A DNA stretch of 64,000 bases from an uncultured Chloroflexia bacterium (GTDB taxonomy: Bacteria > Chloroflexota > Limnocylindria > Limnocylindrales > CSP1-4), in the NCBI GenBank assembly GCA_963778805.1, contig CAVZVT010000005.1, positions 293,838-357,837 of the forward strand, given 5' to 3'. Below are positions 9,439 to 20,249 of the stretch, piece after piece (position 1 is the stretch's first letter; the number at the start of each line of letters is the position of its first letter). The notes beneath the pieces are model-generated. The model saw only the letters and a program-made list of their open reading frames with translations. It did not search any database and had not been told where the DNA came from. The position numbers were made by a program, and so were the translations under genes.

Positions 9439-11179
9439 GTGGTTCCTCCTACGGGTCTGCACCCAGATCGAATCCTGGTGTCGTCGCTGACCCCGCCTCG
9501 GCGGTGCCCCGACATCGTACGTGATGGGCTAGCGTGCGCGCCCGAGCCCGAGCCGAGCCCGAGCCCGAGCTCCGCCGTCGAGAACGCCTCGAGCAGGAAC
9601 GGGGACGGGGTCGCCGGGTCGTAGAGGATCGTCAGCGATCGGCGCGCCCGGGTCCACGCGACGTAGGCCAGTCGGCGCTCCTCTTCGTAGGCTCGCGCGG
9701 GGTCTGCGGCGCCCTCCACGGCCTTGGCGCTCGGGAACCTCGCCGATTCCATCCCGAGGATGATCACGTGGTCGAATTCGAGGCCCTTGGTCGCGTGGGC
9801 GGTCGACAGGGTCAGCGGCGCATCGTCACGTCGAAGCTCCGCGAGTCGCGCTCGAGCCGCCACAACGGCCGCGGTGAACGTGGCGAGGTCGGGGTAGGGA
9901 GGTGCCCACGCAAGCAGGGCCGCCGCGGCAGCGGCTTCTGCCGGATCCGTGGCGTCGCCGCGCAAGCGCCCGAGCGTGACGAGCAACGGCTCCCCGGCGG
10001 CGGCGAGCGCGGCCAGCTCGGCGGCCCGTGCCAGCAGGCCATCCAGATGCGGATCCTCCAGCGGCAGCTCGATCCTGGCGGCACGAAAGGGCAGCCCCTC
10101 GGCCAACGCCACGACCACGGCCGGGATCAGTTCACGGTTCGTCCTGGCCAGGACGGCCCGGGTGGAGTCGTCGGTCGGCCAGGTCCGCATCGCGCGCTCG
10201 AGCCGGACCGGATCGTCGGCCGCATCCGGCGCCAGGGTGAGCGAGCCGGGCGCCTCATCGCGCGCCCGGATCCGCTTCGCGAAGCGTTCCCCGTTGTGCT
10301 CGACCAGTCGGACCGCGCGTTCGACGACCGCCCGCGGACATCGGTAGTTGACCTCCAGGTCGATCCGGCGGAGACCCGGCAATGACGCATCGAGACGCAG
10401 GACCCGTCGGACGTCGGCCAGCCGCCAGCCATAGATCGACTGGTCGTCGTCACCGACCAGCAGGATCCGGTTCGCCGGTGCCGCGAGCAGCAGCGCCAAC
10501 CGAAGTTGCGCGCGATCGACGTCCTGGACTTCGTCCACCAGCAGATGCGCGCACCGATCGCGCCATCGAGCGAGCAGATCCGGCCGGTCCTGGAGCAACC
10601 GCGATCGCGCGAAGGATGAGGTCATCGAAGTCGACGCCACCCGCCTCCTCGACGGCCGCCTGATAGGCCACGAACATCCGCGCGATCGGACCCGGCCTCC
10701 GGATCGGCGGCGACCTGTGCCGCGGTCACACCCAGCTCGACCTTCAGGCGGGAGATCGCCCCGTCGAACTCGAGGCGGGCGGCGTCATCGGCGTCGGGCC
10801 GGATCCGGCGAAGGATGGCGTCCCGGTCCACGAGATCCACGGCGTCGCCCGCGTCGCGCAGGATCTCGAGCCCGAGCGCGTGGAAGGTCCGGACCCGCGC
10901 GGCGCCGGCTTCGATGCCGAGCGGCGCAAGAGCCGCGTCCAGCCGTTCCGCGAGCTCCACGGCCGCCCGTCGATTGAACGTGATCGCCGCGATCGAGTCG
11001 GCCGCCACGCCGCCCGCGCCGCCCGCCACCAGCCACGCGATCCGGGCGACGAGGGTCGTGGTCTTGCCGCTCCCCGCCGGCGCCACGACCAGCACCGGCC
11101 CCGGCTCAGCAGTCGCCGCCGCACGCTGATCCGGCGCAAGGCGCGCGAGCCGCTCGACGACCGACGGGTGAAGGTCCAC
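9384..11179 (-). CDS. UvrD/Rep-family (SF1) DNA helicase, frameshifted copy
   Basis: Walker A VVAPAGSGKTTTL, UvrD motifs (DFDDL, LLVDEVQD, VGDDDQSIYGWR, YRCPRAV, TAHATKGLEFDHVII, YVAWTRAR) spread over at least 3 frames (frameshifts near 10620-10680); the 3' end overlaps the small membrane protein gene so the true stop is uncertain; it contains a (GAGCCC)n tract at 9541-9570. Confidence 0.6.
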
Positions 11180-11203
11180 CGACGCAGCATGCCGACCGCC
11201 ACG

Positions 11204-11270
11204 TACCTGCGGATCACCGCCTACCTGCCGATCACCAAATACCTGCCGATCACCCCGACCGCACTAGACT
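11204..11270. promoter_or_regulatory. three exact-period 18-bp direct repeats (TACCTGC[C/G]GATCACC) followed by a TAGACT -10-like hexamer, in the divergent helicase/uvrC promoter region
   Basis: Repeats at 11204-11218, 11222-11236 and 11240-11254; TAGACT at 11265-11270, 8 nt before the uvrC ATG (near-leaderless). Confidence 0.5.
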
Positions 11271-11278
11271 GGAGATGC

Positions 11279-13129
11279 ATGACCCCGGACCTCGAAGCCA
11301 CGCTCAAACGACTCCCGGATCGGCCGGGCGTCTACCTCATGAAGGACGAGCGCGGCGACGTCGTCTATGTCGGCAAGGCGCAGAGCCTGCGCAGCCGCGT
11401 CCGGTCGTACTGGCAGAAGGCGACGCCCGCCGGCGAGATCCACCGGATCCGCAGCGTCATCGATCGCGTGGCCGAAGTCGAGTACACGATCACCGATTCC
11501 GTCTCCGAGGCACTCCTCCTCGAGGCCAACCTCGTCAAGCGCTACAAGCCGCGGTTCAACGTCCGACTCAAGGACGACAAGAGCTACCCGTACATCAAGA
11601 TCACGCTCGGCGACGACTTCCCCCGCGTCGAACGGACCCGCAAGCTCCCGACCGACGGGAGCCGCTACTTCGGTCCGTACGCGTCGGCGGTGAGCGTCGA
11701 CGAATCGATGAACCTGGTCCGTCGCCTGTTCCCGTTCCGGACCTGCACCATCGATATCAAGGACGGCGAGCGCGCCCTCCAGCGGCCCTGTCTCCTGTAT
11801 CACATCAAGAAGTGCCAGGGCCCCTGCATCGAGGCGATCTCCAAGGACGCGTATCGCGAGGACATCGCGCAGGTGGAGCTCTTCCTCGAGGGTCGGCAGG
11901 AGACCCTGGTCAAGGCCCTCCACCGCGAGATGGCGATCGCCGCCGAACGGGAGGAGTACGAGCGAGCCGCCGGTCTCCGCGACAAGATCCGCGCCATCGA
12001 GCGGACCATGGAGAGCCAGAAGATGGCCGCGTTCGCGAAGCGCGAGCTCGACATGATCGGTCTGGCGCGGCAGGACAACCAGGCGGCCGTCCAGCTCTTC
12101 GCGATCCGCGACGGGAAGATGGTCGGCCGCGACGTGTTCCTCCTCGATGCCGCGCGCGACGCCTCCGACGAGGAGGTCCTCGCGAGCTTCCTCGAGCAGT
12201 ACTACGCCCGGGCCACGTCGATCCCGCGCGAGGTCTATCTCCCGCGCGTCGCCGAGGACGTCGCGGACATCGAGGCATTCCTCGCGGATCGTCGAGGCGG
12301 CCCGGTCCATCTCAAGACGGCGCAACGCGGCGAGAAGCGCGGATTGCTGGAGTTGGCGACCCGCAACGCCACCGAAACGCTCGCGCGCGAGCAGGCCCGC
12401 TGGCTCGTCGACCAGGGCAAGACGCTCGCGGCGCTCGAGGAGCTCGCCGCCGCCCTCGGCCTGCCCGGCCCGCCGTCCCGCATCGAGTGCTACGACATCA
12501 GCAACTTCCAGGGCAGCGAATCGGTCGGGAGCATGGTCGTCTTCGAGGACGGCAAGCCGAGGAGCGGGGAGTACCGGCGGTTCCGCATCAAGACCGTCGA
12601 GGGCCCCAACGACTTCGCGAGTCACCAGGAGGTGCTCCGCCGTCGGTTCCGCACGACCAAGCCCGGACAGGAGGGGAGCGAGGAGGAGCGCCGCTGGGCG
12701 ATGCCGGACCTCGTGATCATCGATGGTGGCAAGGGCCAGGTCAGCGCCGCCAAGGAGGTCCTCGACGAACTCGGTCTTCACGACCTCCCGATGGCCGGTC
12801 TCGCCAAGGAACGCGAGGAGTTGTTCCTGCCCGGTCAGCTGGAGCCGGTCGTCCTGCCCGCCACGTCACCGGCGCTCTACCTCGTCCAGCGCCTCCGCGA
12901 CGAGGCGCATCGGTTCGCCATCACGTACCACCGCGACCTGCGCGCCAAGCGCCAGGTCCGCTCGCAGTTCGACGACCTCCCGGGCGTCGGCCCGAAGCGC
13001 AAGCGCGAGCTGCTCAAGGTCTTCGGCTCGATCAAGCGCGTCCGTGACGCGCCCGTCGAACAGATCGCCGCGGTCCCCGGCATCGGCCGAGCCCTGGCCG
13101 AACGCATCAAGGCCACCCTCGAGGCATAG
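11279..13129 (+). CDS. uvrC: excinuclease ABC subunit C
   Basis: GIY-YIG N-terminus (PGVYLMKDERGDVVYVGKA), UvrBC-interaction region, and a C-terminal RNase H-like domain with HhH. Confidence 0.92.
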   Translation: MTPDLEATLKRLPDRPGVYLMKDERGDVVYVGKAQSLRSRVRSYWQKATPAGEIHRIRSVIDRVAEVEYTITDSVSEALLLEANLVKRYKPRFNVRLKDDKSYPYIKITLGDDFPRVERTRKLPTDGSRYFGPYASAVSVDESMNLVRRLFPFRTCTIDIKDGERALQRPCLLYHIKKCQGPCIEAISKDAYREDIAQVELFLEGRQETLVKALHREMAIAAEREEYERAAGLRDKIRAIERTMESQKMAAFAKRELDMIGLARQDNQAAVQLFAIRDGKMVGRDVFLLDAARDASDEEVLASFLEQYYARATSIPREVYLPRVAEDVADIEAFLADRRGGPVHLKTAQRGEKRGLLELATRNATETLAREQARWLVDQGKTLAALEELAAALGLPGPPSRIECYDISNFQGSESVGSMVVFEDGKPRSGEYRRFRIKTVEGPNDFASHQEVLRRRFRTTKPGQEGSEEERRWAMPDLVIIDGGKGQVSAAKEVLDELGLHDLPMAGLAKEREELFLPGQLEPVVLPATSPALYLVQRLRDEAHRFAITYHRDLRAKRQVRSQFDDLPGVGPKRKRELLKVFGSIKRVRDAPVEQIAAVPGIGRALAERIKATLEA

Positions 13130-13180
13130 GCCGGCCGACTGGCGGCGTCCCGGGGTGGTTCCGTGTAACATCCCGCCTCG

Positions 13181-14536
13181 ATGCGCAGAGCCGGTCCGAT
13201 CCTCATCGTCCTCATCGGCGTCGCCGCCCTCATCGTCAACTTCTTCCCGGGTCTCAAGGTGCCTGACAGCACGAGCGCCACGGGAAGTCGTCCGATCGAA
13301 ACGAAGCTGGGCCTCGACCTGTCCGGTGGTCTGCGCGTCGAATACCAGGCGCAGCCCGTCGAAGGCAAGTCGCCGTCGCCCGCGGACATGGCGATCATCA
13401 AGGAGATCATCGAGCGCCGCGTGAACGGGACCGGCGTGTCCGAGCCGGTCGTCACGACGCAGGGTTCCGACCGCGTGGTCGTCGAGCTCCCCGGGGTCAC
13501 CGATCCGGACAGCGTCCGCCAGCTGGTCGGCCAGACCGGTCGCCTGGACTTCGTGCCGCTGGGTTCGACCCAGGTGCAGGAGGGCCAGGTCCTCGACCTC
13601 AAGGCCTTCCCACCGCTCTTCAGTGGCGACCAGGTCCAGTCGGCCTCCCTCGGGCAAGGCCAGCAGGGTGGCCTGACGGTCGATTTCGTCCTCAAGGGCG
13701 ACGGCTCGAACCTCTTCGCCGACTACACCGCCAAGCACATCGGCGAGTTCTTCGCGATCACCCTCGACGGCTCGGTCATCTCGGCGCCCGTCATCAAGAG
13801 CTCCATCCCCAACGGCCAGGTCCAGATCGAGTCGGGCGGGCTCGGCGGCTTCCCGACCAAGGAGGCCAACAACCTCGTCACGATCCTGAAGTTCGGTTCG
13901 CTGCCGTTCCCGATCAAGGAGATCTCGAGCGAGCAGATCAGCGCGACCCTCGGCGACAAGTTCCTCAACCAGAGCCTCCTGGCTGGTGCGCTGGGGATCC
14001 TGCTCGTCATCGCGTTCATGCTGCTGTACTACCGGGCGATCGGGCTGATCGCGAGCTTCGCGCTCGTCTACTACACCCTCGTGGTGTTCGCGATCTTCCG
14101 GCTCATCCCGGTGACGTTGACGCTGGCCGGCATCGCGGGCTTCGTGCTCTCGGTGGGCATGGCGGTCGACGCCAACATCCTGATCTTCGAGCGGATGAAG
14201 GAGGAGCTGCGGCTCGGCAAGACCCTGCCGGCGGCGGTCGAGGCGGGCTTCAACCGGGCCTGGAACTCCATCCTCGACTCCAACGTGTCGAGCCTGATCA
14301 CGGCCACGATCCTGTATACGTTCGGCTCGTCGACGATCCGTGGGTTCGCCCTCGTGCTCATCATCGGCGTGCTCGTCTCGATGTTCAGCGCGATCGTCGT
14401 CACCCGCTCGATCATGCGCGTCATGGTCCGGCAGAGCTGGGCGCGGAAGCCCGCGCTGTACGGCCTCCGCGAGGACGAGTTCCAGGCACGCAACCCCGTC
14501 CGCCCGACGCGCCGCGAGGTCGTCGAGCGTGTTTGA
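13181..14536 (+). CDS. secD: protein translocase subunit SecD
   Basis: An N-terminal TM helix, a periplasmic domain, and a 6-TM C-terminal block conserved in SecD. Confidence 0.9.
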   Translation: MRRAGPILIVLIGVAALIVNFFPGLKVPDSTSATGSRPIETKLGLDLSGGLRVEYQAQPVEGKSPSPADMAIIKEIIERRVNGTGVSEPVVTTQGSDRVVVELPGVTDPDSVRQLVGQTGRLDFVPLGSTQVQEGQVLDLKAFPPLFSGDQVQSASLGQGQQGGLTVDFVLKGDGSNLFADYTAKHIGEFFAITLDGSVISAPVIKSSIPNGQVQIESGGLGGFPTKEANNLVTILKFGSLPFPIKEISSEQISATLGDKFLNQSLLAGALGILLVIAFMLLYYRAIGLIASFALVYYTLVVFAIFRLIPVTLTLAGIAGFVLSVGMAVDANILIFERMKEELRLGKTLPAAVEAGFNRAWNSILDSNVSSLITATILYTFGSSTIRGFALVLIIGVLVSMFSAIVVTRSIMRVMVRQSWARKPALYGLREDEFQARNPVRPTRREVVERV

Positions 14537-15677
14537 CATCATCGGGAAGCGGAAGTGGTTCTATCTCGTCTCGCTGATCATCACGATCCCCGGCCTCTTC
14601 TTCATCCTGCTGACGCCGTTCACCCAGTACGGCCTCCAGTTCACGATCGACTACACGGGTGGCACGAAGTGGGAGGTCCGCTTCGAGGACCCCAACGTGA
14701 CGCCCGAGCAGGTCGAGGCGGTCTTCGCCGCGCAGGGCCTGGCGGCGTCCGCGGTATCCACCGGCTCTGGGTTCATCGAGATCAAGACCGTCCCGATCGG
14801 ACTCGTCGAGCAGGAGGCCACGCCGACCCCGGTCGCGACGCTGGCACCTGACGCATCGGCGGGTGCGTCGGCGGGGCGCGTCTCGGCTTCGGCTGGGGCG
14901 TCGGCAGCCCCGTCGGCGGCACCGAGCGCGAGTCCCAGCGCCGAACCAAGCGGCTCACCCTCGCCCTCCGGATCACCGGCCCCGGCGGCCGGGACCGGCG
15001 AGCTGCCGACGACCGGCAAGCTCGGCGAGGTCCGTGTCGCCCTCGAGGCGGAACTCGGCAAGATCGTGGCGCAGAACAGCCTCACGACCATCGGCCCGGT
15101 GGTCAGCGCCGATCTCATCGGTCAGGCACTCATCCTGATCCTGGTCGGGTCCATCGGGATCCTGATGTGGATCACGTACCGGTTCCGCGACGTGAAGATG
15201 GGCGTGACGGCGCTCGTGTCCCTGTTCCATGACGTCATCGTCGTCGTCGGTGTCTTCGCGATCCTCGGGACGTTCTTCGGGGTGGAGATCGACGCGCTGT
15301 TCGTGACCGCGATGCTCACCGTCATCGGTTTCAGCGTGCACGACACCATCGTGGTCTTCGACCGCGTCCGGGAGAACAAGGCACGACATGCCGGCGAGCC
15401 GTTCCCCGACATCGTCAACCATTCCATCCTGCAGACGTTCGGTCGCTCGATCACCACGAGCCTGACCGTCGTGCTGACGCTGCTCGCGCTGCTCCTGTTC
15501 GGTGGCTCGGCGATCAGCGAGTTCATCCTGACGCTGCTCATCGGCATCATCTCGGGGACGTACTCGTCGATCTTCGTCGCCAGCCTGCTGCTCGTGGACT
15601 GGCAGATGCGCGAGGACCGACGCCGTGGCCGCGTGGCCGCCACGCGTGCGCCCCGGGCCCGCCGGTCGGCTTCCTGA
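14529..15677 (+). CDS. secF: protein translocase subunit SecF (with an Ala/Ser/Pro-rich insert)
   Basis: GTG start overlapping the secD stop; SecF 6-TM core (…ILGTFFGVEIDALFVTAMLTVIGFSVHDTIVVFDRVREN…). Confidence 0.85.
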   Translation: MFDIIGKRKWFYLVSLIITIPGLFFILLTPFTQYGLQFTIDYTGGTKWEVRFEDPNVTPEQVEAVFAAQGLAASAVSTGSGFIEIKTVPIGLVEQEATPTPVATLAPDASAGASAGRVSASAGASAAPSAAPSASPSAEPSGSPSPSGSPAPAAGTGELPTTGKLGEVRVALEAELGKIVAQNSLTTIGPVVSADLIGQALILILVGSIGILMWITYRFRDVKMGVTALVSLFHDVIVVVGVFAILGTFFGVEIDALFVTAMLTVIGFSVHDTIVVFDRVRENKARHAGEPFPDIVNHSILQTFGRSITTSLTVVLTLLALLLFGGSAISEFILTLLIGIISGTYSSIFVASLLLVDWQMREDRRRGRVAATRAPRARRSAS

Positions 15678-15732
15678 TCCCCGGCCGGCAAGGGGCCGAA
15701 CAACCCGCGGTGCAGCCCGTCGTGGCATCCTG

Positions 15733-17515
15733 ATGGACGTGATCGAGCCGCGCTTCCGCTGGGTGTTTCCGGCACCGGTGGACGTCCCGGCCGACCTCCT
15801 GGCCGCCGCCAGCCACGCGCGGGCTCTCCGAGCGGTTCACGCGGGTGCTCGTCGCTCGCGGCGTTTCCGATGTCGCGTCGCTCGACGCCTGGTTCGCGGA
15901 CCCGCTGGACGCGCTCCACGACCCGATGCTGCTGCCCGACATCGACCGTCTGCTGGCCCGACTGACGTCGGCGCGCGATCTCGGCGAGCGCGTGATGGTG
16001 TTCGGCGACTTCGATGCGGACGGGCTGACCGGGCTGTCGATCCTGGTGCTGGCGCTGCGTCGGTTCGGGTCGCTGGTGGATCCGTACGTGCCGAGTCGAC
16101 TCGATGAGGGGCACGGTCTCTCGATGGCGGCCATCGAAGCCGCCGTTGCGTCCGGCACGAAGGTGATCGTGACCGTGGACTGCGGGACGACGAGCCACGT
16201 CGAGATCGCGGCGGCCGCCGAGCGAGGCATCGACGTCATCGTCACCGACCACCATCGCGTCCCGCCGACGCTGCCGCCCGCCATCGCGGTCGTCAATCCG
16301 CATCGAGCCGACTCGCGCTACCCGGACCCGCGTCTCGCGGGGAGTGGCGTGGCCTTCAAGGTCGCACAGGCCCTGCTCGCGGATCTTCCCGGCGGACCGG
16401 CCGCGGCGCTCGGTCTGGCCGACCTGGCGACGATCGGGACCGTCGCGGATGTCGCACCGGTCATCGGCGAGAACCGGGCGATCGCGCGGATCGGGCTCGA
16501 GCGGCTCCGTCGCGGCCCACGGCCGGGGATCGCCGCCCTGTTGACCCGGGCTCGTGTCGACCCAGCGGTCGCGGACCTCGAGACCGTGTCCTTCGCCATC
16601 GCGCCGCGGCTGAATGCGGCCGGGCGGATGGGCGAGGCGATCGAGGCGGCGAGACTCCTGCTGGCCGAGACGGCCGAGGAGGCCGATCGCCACGCCGATG
16701 CCCTCGAGACGGCCAATCTCGAACGTCGTGACCTGATGAAGCGCAGCGTCACCGAGGCCCGCGCGTTGTTCGATGCCACGGAGACCGCCTCGGCGACCAT
16801 CGTCAAGGGGCCGTGGAGTGTCGGGATCGTCGGTCTGATCGCCGCGCGTCTGGCGGAAGACTTCAGTCGGCCGGCCGTGGTCGGCGCGGAGATCGGCGAC
16901 ACCGTGCGCGCCTCGTGCCGGAGCGACGGATCGCTGGACCTGGGCGCCACCCTCGAGCAGTGCGGCGACCTGTTCACGCGGTTCGGCGGTCACGCCGGCG
17001 CGGCCGGGTTCGAGCTGCCAGCGACCAGCTGGGACGCCTTTCGCGACCGGTTCCTGGGGCTCGCCGAGCACGCGGCACCGCGGGACCCTCGGGCCCCGCT
17101 CGCCATCGACCTTGCCGTCCCGGCGCTCGGTGTCGACTACGCGCTCCTGCGCGAGCTCGGCGGTCTCGCCCCGTGCGGACCGGGCAATCCGGAACCGATG
17201 GTCGCGGTCCTCGGGCTGACCGTGACCCGGGTTCGCGCCGCGAACGGTGGCCACAGCCAACTCACGCTTCGTCGCGATCGCGACGTCCTCGATGGCATCG
17301 CGTTCGGGCGGGCCGATCTCGCCGAGACGGTCCACGAGGGCGATCGCGTCGATGTGGTCGCGCGGCTCGTCAGCCGGACGTTCGGCGGCTTCGAGACGCT
17401 CCAGCTCGAGATCCGCGATGTCGCGAGCGCCGGTCTCCACGAGGAGCGCGCACGCGCCGCCGCCGACCCGGCCCCGGCCGTCGCATCCGACGCGCTTGTC
17501 GGGGCGGTCGCATGA
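15733..17515 (+). CDS. recJ: single-stranded-DNA-specific exonuclease RecJ (one frameshift near 15815)
   Basis: DHH/DHHA1 motifs (GDFDADGLTG, DHH: VTDHHRV, GGHAGAAG); the N-terminal ~27 aa lie in another frame. Confidence 0.85.
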
Positions 17516-18768
17516 CCCGATCGACCGCCCGTCCGCCGCGCGCCTCGGATCCGTACGGCGTCGGCCCGGTTCGTGGGTACGTCGCGCCGGTCCTGGCCAT
17601 CGTCGGCCTGCTCGTCATCGCGTTCTTCACGATCAGCCTGCTCAACGGCGACGTGCCGTTCGTCGGCGGCCCCAAGGCGTCGAGCGGACCCGGCGGCGAC
17701 AACGGCGGCGGGCTCATCGATTCGGGAGCCACGCCCGCGCCATCGAACGTCGTGATCGTCGAACCCGATGCCGCGTTCAAGGGTTCGATCGTCTACGCGA
17801 AGGCCGGGAACATCTGGATCCAGTCGGGCAAGGACGTCCATCAGTTGACCGCGAGCGGCGGCGACTCGATGCCGTCCTGGTCGCCCGACGGCCAGTACGT
17901 CTACTACATCCGGACCAAGGAAGACCAGAAGGGGTTCTGGCCGACCCGTGGCGGACCGACCCACTACCTCCTCGAGATCCCGGACCTCATGCGGGTCAAG
18001 GCCGACGGCAGCGCCGATCCGGAGCGCCTCGCCACCGGCAAGATCAAGAAGGGTCGCTACACGTGGTCGTACTGGATGCGCCAACCGGTCATGTCGCCTG
18101 ACGACAAGACGATCGCGCTCATCACCGATGCTCCCAACCCCGACGACAGCAACGTCGTGCTCCAGTTCTTTGATCCAGCGACGGGCAAGATCAAGCCGGC
18201 TGGCGTCGGCGCCACGGGGTTGCTCGGTCATCAGGACCCGGAGTGGCGTCCGGATGGCAAGTACCTGCTGTACGTCAAGAACGGTCGCGACGGCGCCAAC
18301 GGCAAGCCGATCATCGCGCGCCTCGATCCGGCCACCGGGAAGACGAAGGCGCTGACGTCATCCGGGTACGTCGGGCCGTCCTACTCACCCGACGGCAGGT
18401 ACATCGCCGCCACGCGGACCTCGAACCTCGGGACCGACGTGGTGATCCTCGACGCGTCGACCGGGCAGGAGCTGATGCGGATCACGAACGACGGCTCGTC
18501 GTTCTCGCCCTCCTGGTCGCCGCTCGGTGATGGCATCGCGTACCTGCACCTGGACGGCCAGACGGTCGACCTCCGACTCGCCCAGCTCGATGGAGCGGCG
18601 CCGGACTGGACGGTCAAGGACACGACCGCCCTGACCGAGGTCTCCGGTCTCGACGCCAACTCCCGACCCGACTGGTTCATCCCGGCTTCGGACCTGCCGA
18701 CGCCCACCCCTGCGCCGACGCCCGAACCGACACCGTCGGCGGCACCGAGCGCCAGCACCGCTCCCTGA
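17512..18768 (+). CDS. membrane-anchored TolB-like beta-propeller (PD40 repeat) protein with a C-terminal Pro/Thr tail
   Basis: An N-terminal TM helix and repeated WSPDG / YSPDG PD40 motifs; the ATG overlaps the recJ stop. Confidence 0.6.
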   Translation: MTRSTARPPRASDPYGVGPVRGYVAPVLAIVGLLVIAFFTISLLNGDVPFVGGPKASSGPGGDNGGGLIDSGATPAPSNVVIVEPDAAFKGSIVYAKAGNIWIQSGKDVHQLTASGGDSMPSWSPDGQYVYYIRTKEDQKGFWPTRGGPTHYLLEIPDLMRVKADGSADPERLATGKIKKGRYTWSYWMRQPVMSPDDKTIALITDAPNPDDSNVVLQFFDPATGKIKPAGVGATGLLGHQDPEWRPDGKYLLYVKNGRDGANGKPIIARLDPATGKTKALTSSGYVGPSYSPDGRYIAATRTSNLGTDVVILDASTGQELMRITNDGSSFSPSWSPLGDGIAYLHLDGQTVDLRLAQLDGAAPDWTVKDTTALTEVSGLDANSRPDWFIPASDLPTPTPAPTPEPTPSAAPSASTAP

Positions 18769-18776
18769 GCGACCTG

Positions 18777-19651
18777 GTGGGCGACACCTACCTCGAACGG
18801 CTGGCGGCACGGTCCGCCGCGACCGGCACCGTCCTGTGCCTGGGCATCGACCCGGACCCGACGGCCCTGCCCGCGGGCTTCTCGGCGGACCTGCGCGGCG
18901 TCGAGCGGTTCGCGACGCTCCTGGTGGAGGCGGCCGCGCCCTTTGCCGCGGCCGTCAAACCGAACCTCGCGTTCTTCGAGGCGTACGGGTCGGCCGGGAT
19001 GGCCGCCCTTGAGCGGATCCGGGCGACCCTGCCGGGTGATGTGCCGCTGGTCGCGGATGCGAAGCGGGGCGATATCGGGTCGACCGCCGCCCGACAGGCC
19101 GTCGCGCTGTTCGATGTCCTGGGTGCGGACGCCGTGACCGTCAGCCCATATCTGGGCGCCGAGGCGATCGCCCCCCTCCTGGAGCGGGCGGACCGCTTCG
19201 CCTACGTCCTGTGCCGAACCTCGAACCCGGGGGCCGGCGAGTTGCAGGACCTGATCGTGCCTGCGGACCCGGTCCTTCCGGCGCCCGCCGAGGCGCTCCA
19301 TCTGCGCGTGGCCCGTCTCGCCGGCGGCTGGGGGCCGGGGGCACCGTCGGGTTGGTGGTCGGGGCGACGGCGCCGGCCGAGCTCGCCGGCATCCGGGCCG
19401 TGGCCCCGGGACTGGCGTTCCTGGTCCCCGGTGTCGGCGCGCAGGGTGGGGAAGCCGGGCCGGTGCTGGAGCACGGCCGCGCCACGGTCGCACCCAACGG
19501 GCAACGGGCGGGTGGGGGACTCCTGGTCAACGTCTCGCGGGGGATCTCCGGGGCCGCCGGAAGTGCCGCCGAGGCAGGTCCGCGCGACCCCTTCGAGCGG
19601 GTTGCCGCCGCTGCCGCCGACTGGGCCAAACGACTCCCTGTGCTACCCTAA
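18777..19651 (+). CDS. pyrF: orotidine-5'-phosphate decarboxylase, type 2 (one frameshift near 19330)
   Basis: N-terminal LCLGIDP…VKPNLAFFE…DAKRGDIGST and C-terminal …LVPGVGAQGG… lie in two frames. Confidence 0.8.
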
Positions 19652-19732
19652 CCGCCGCGCTGGACGGTCCGGATCCCCTCGTTCGCGAGCTCGGACCCGG
19701 CGACCCAGACATCGACAGGAGCACCGACGACG

Positions 19733-20108
19733 ATGCCGAACATCGGACCCCTCGAGCTCATCGTGATCCTGGTGATCGCCCTGCTGATCCTCGGCCCCGG
19801 CAAGCTGCCGGAGGTCGGTGCGTCGATCGGCAAGGGTCTCCGCGAATTCCGCAAGGCATCGTCCGATGTCCAGGACTCCATGCAGGTGAACGTCGACACG
19901 TCACCGTTGCCGGCGGCTCCCGTCGCCGCCCGCGGCCGTCGCTGCCGCCCCGGCTGTCGCTGCTGCTCCCGCGGCGGTCGTCGCTGCTGAGCCTGCGGCC
20001 GAGGTGGCTCCAGTCGCGGCCCCAGTGGCCGAAGCGGTCGTCCCGGTCGAAGCTCCGGCCCCCGCCGACGCGCCAGCCGCCAGCGAAACGACGACCGGCA
20101 CCAACTAA
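19733..20108 (+). CDS. tatA: twin-arginine translocase subunit TatA (frameshift near 19920)
   Basis: MPNIGPLELIVILVIALLILGPGKLPE…GKGLREFRKA, with the Ala/Pro/Val/Glu-rich tail readable in the +1 frame through to TAA 20106-20108. Confidence 0.75.
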
Positions 20109-20249
20109 CCCGTTGCGGCCCGACCCGACCTGATGGCCGACGCGGACGCCATCCTCGACCCGAGCGTGACCGGCGTTCCAACGACCCCGGACCGGCAACG
20201 CCCTGGATCGGCAACGCCACCGGCCGCCGCGCCTGGCGACCAGTCCGTG

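Noticed and set aside
9541-9570. (GAGCCC)5 hexanucleotide microsatellite, similar to GAGCCCGCCCGAGCCCGCC at 5565-5590
   Set aside because: This short GC-rich simple-sequence tract lies inside the C-terminal coding region of the UvrD-like helicase, where it encodes a Gly-Leu-Gly-Ser repeat. A tract this short and common in 70% GC DNA carries no independent meaning. It may contribute to local slippage frameshifts.
20133-20249. Long N-terminal extension of tatC (MADADAILDPSVTGVPTTPDRQRP…)
   Set aside because: The conserved TatC N-terminus begins at MSLVDHLGELRSRLF (ATG 20250, with GTGATG context). The upstream 39 codons are low-complexity and merely stay open in frame after the tatA stop. The extension is probably not translated.
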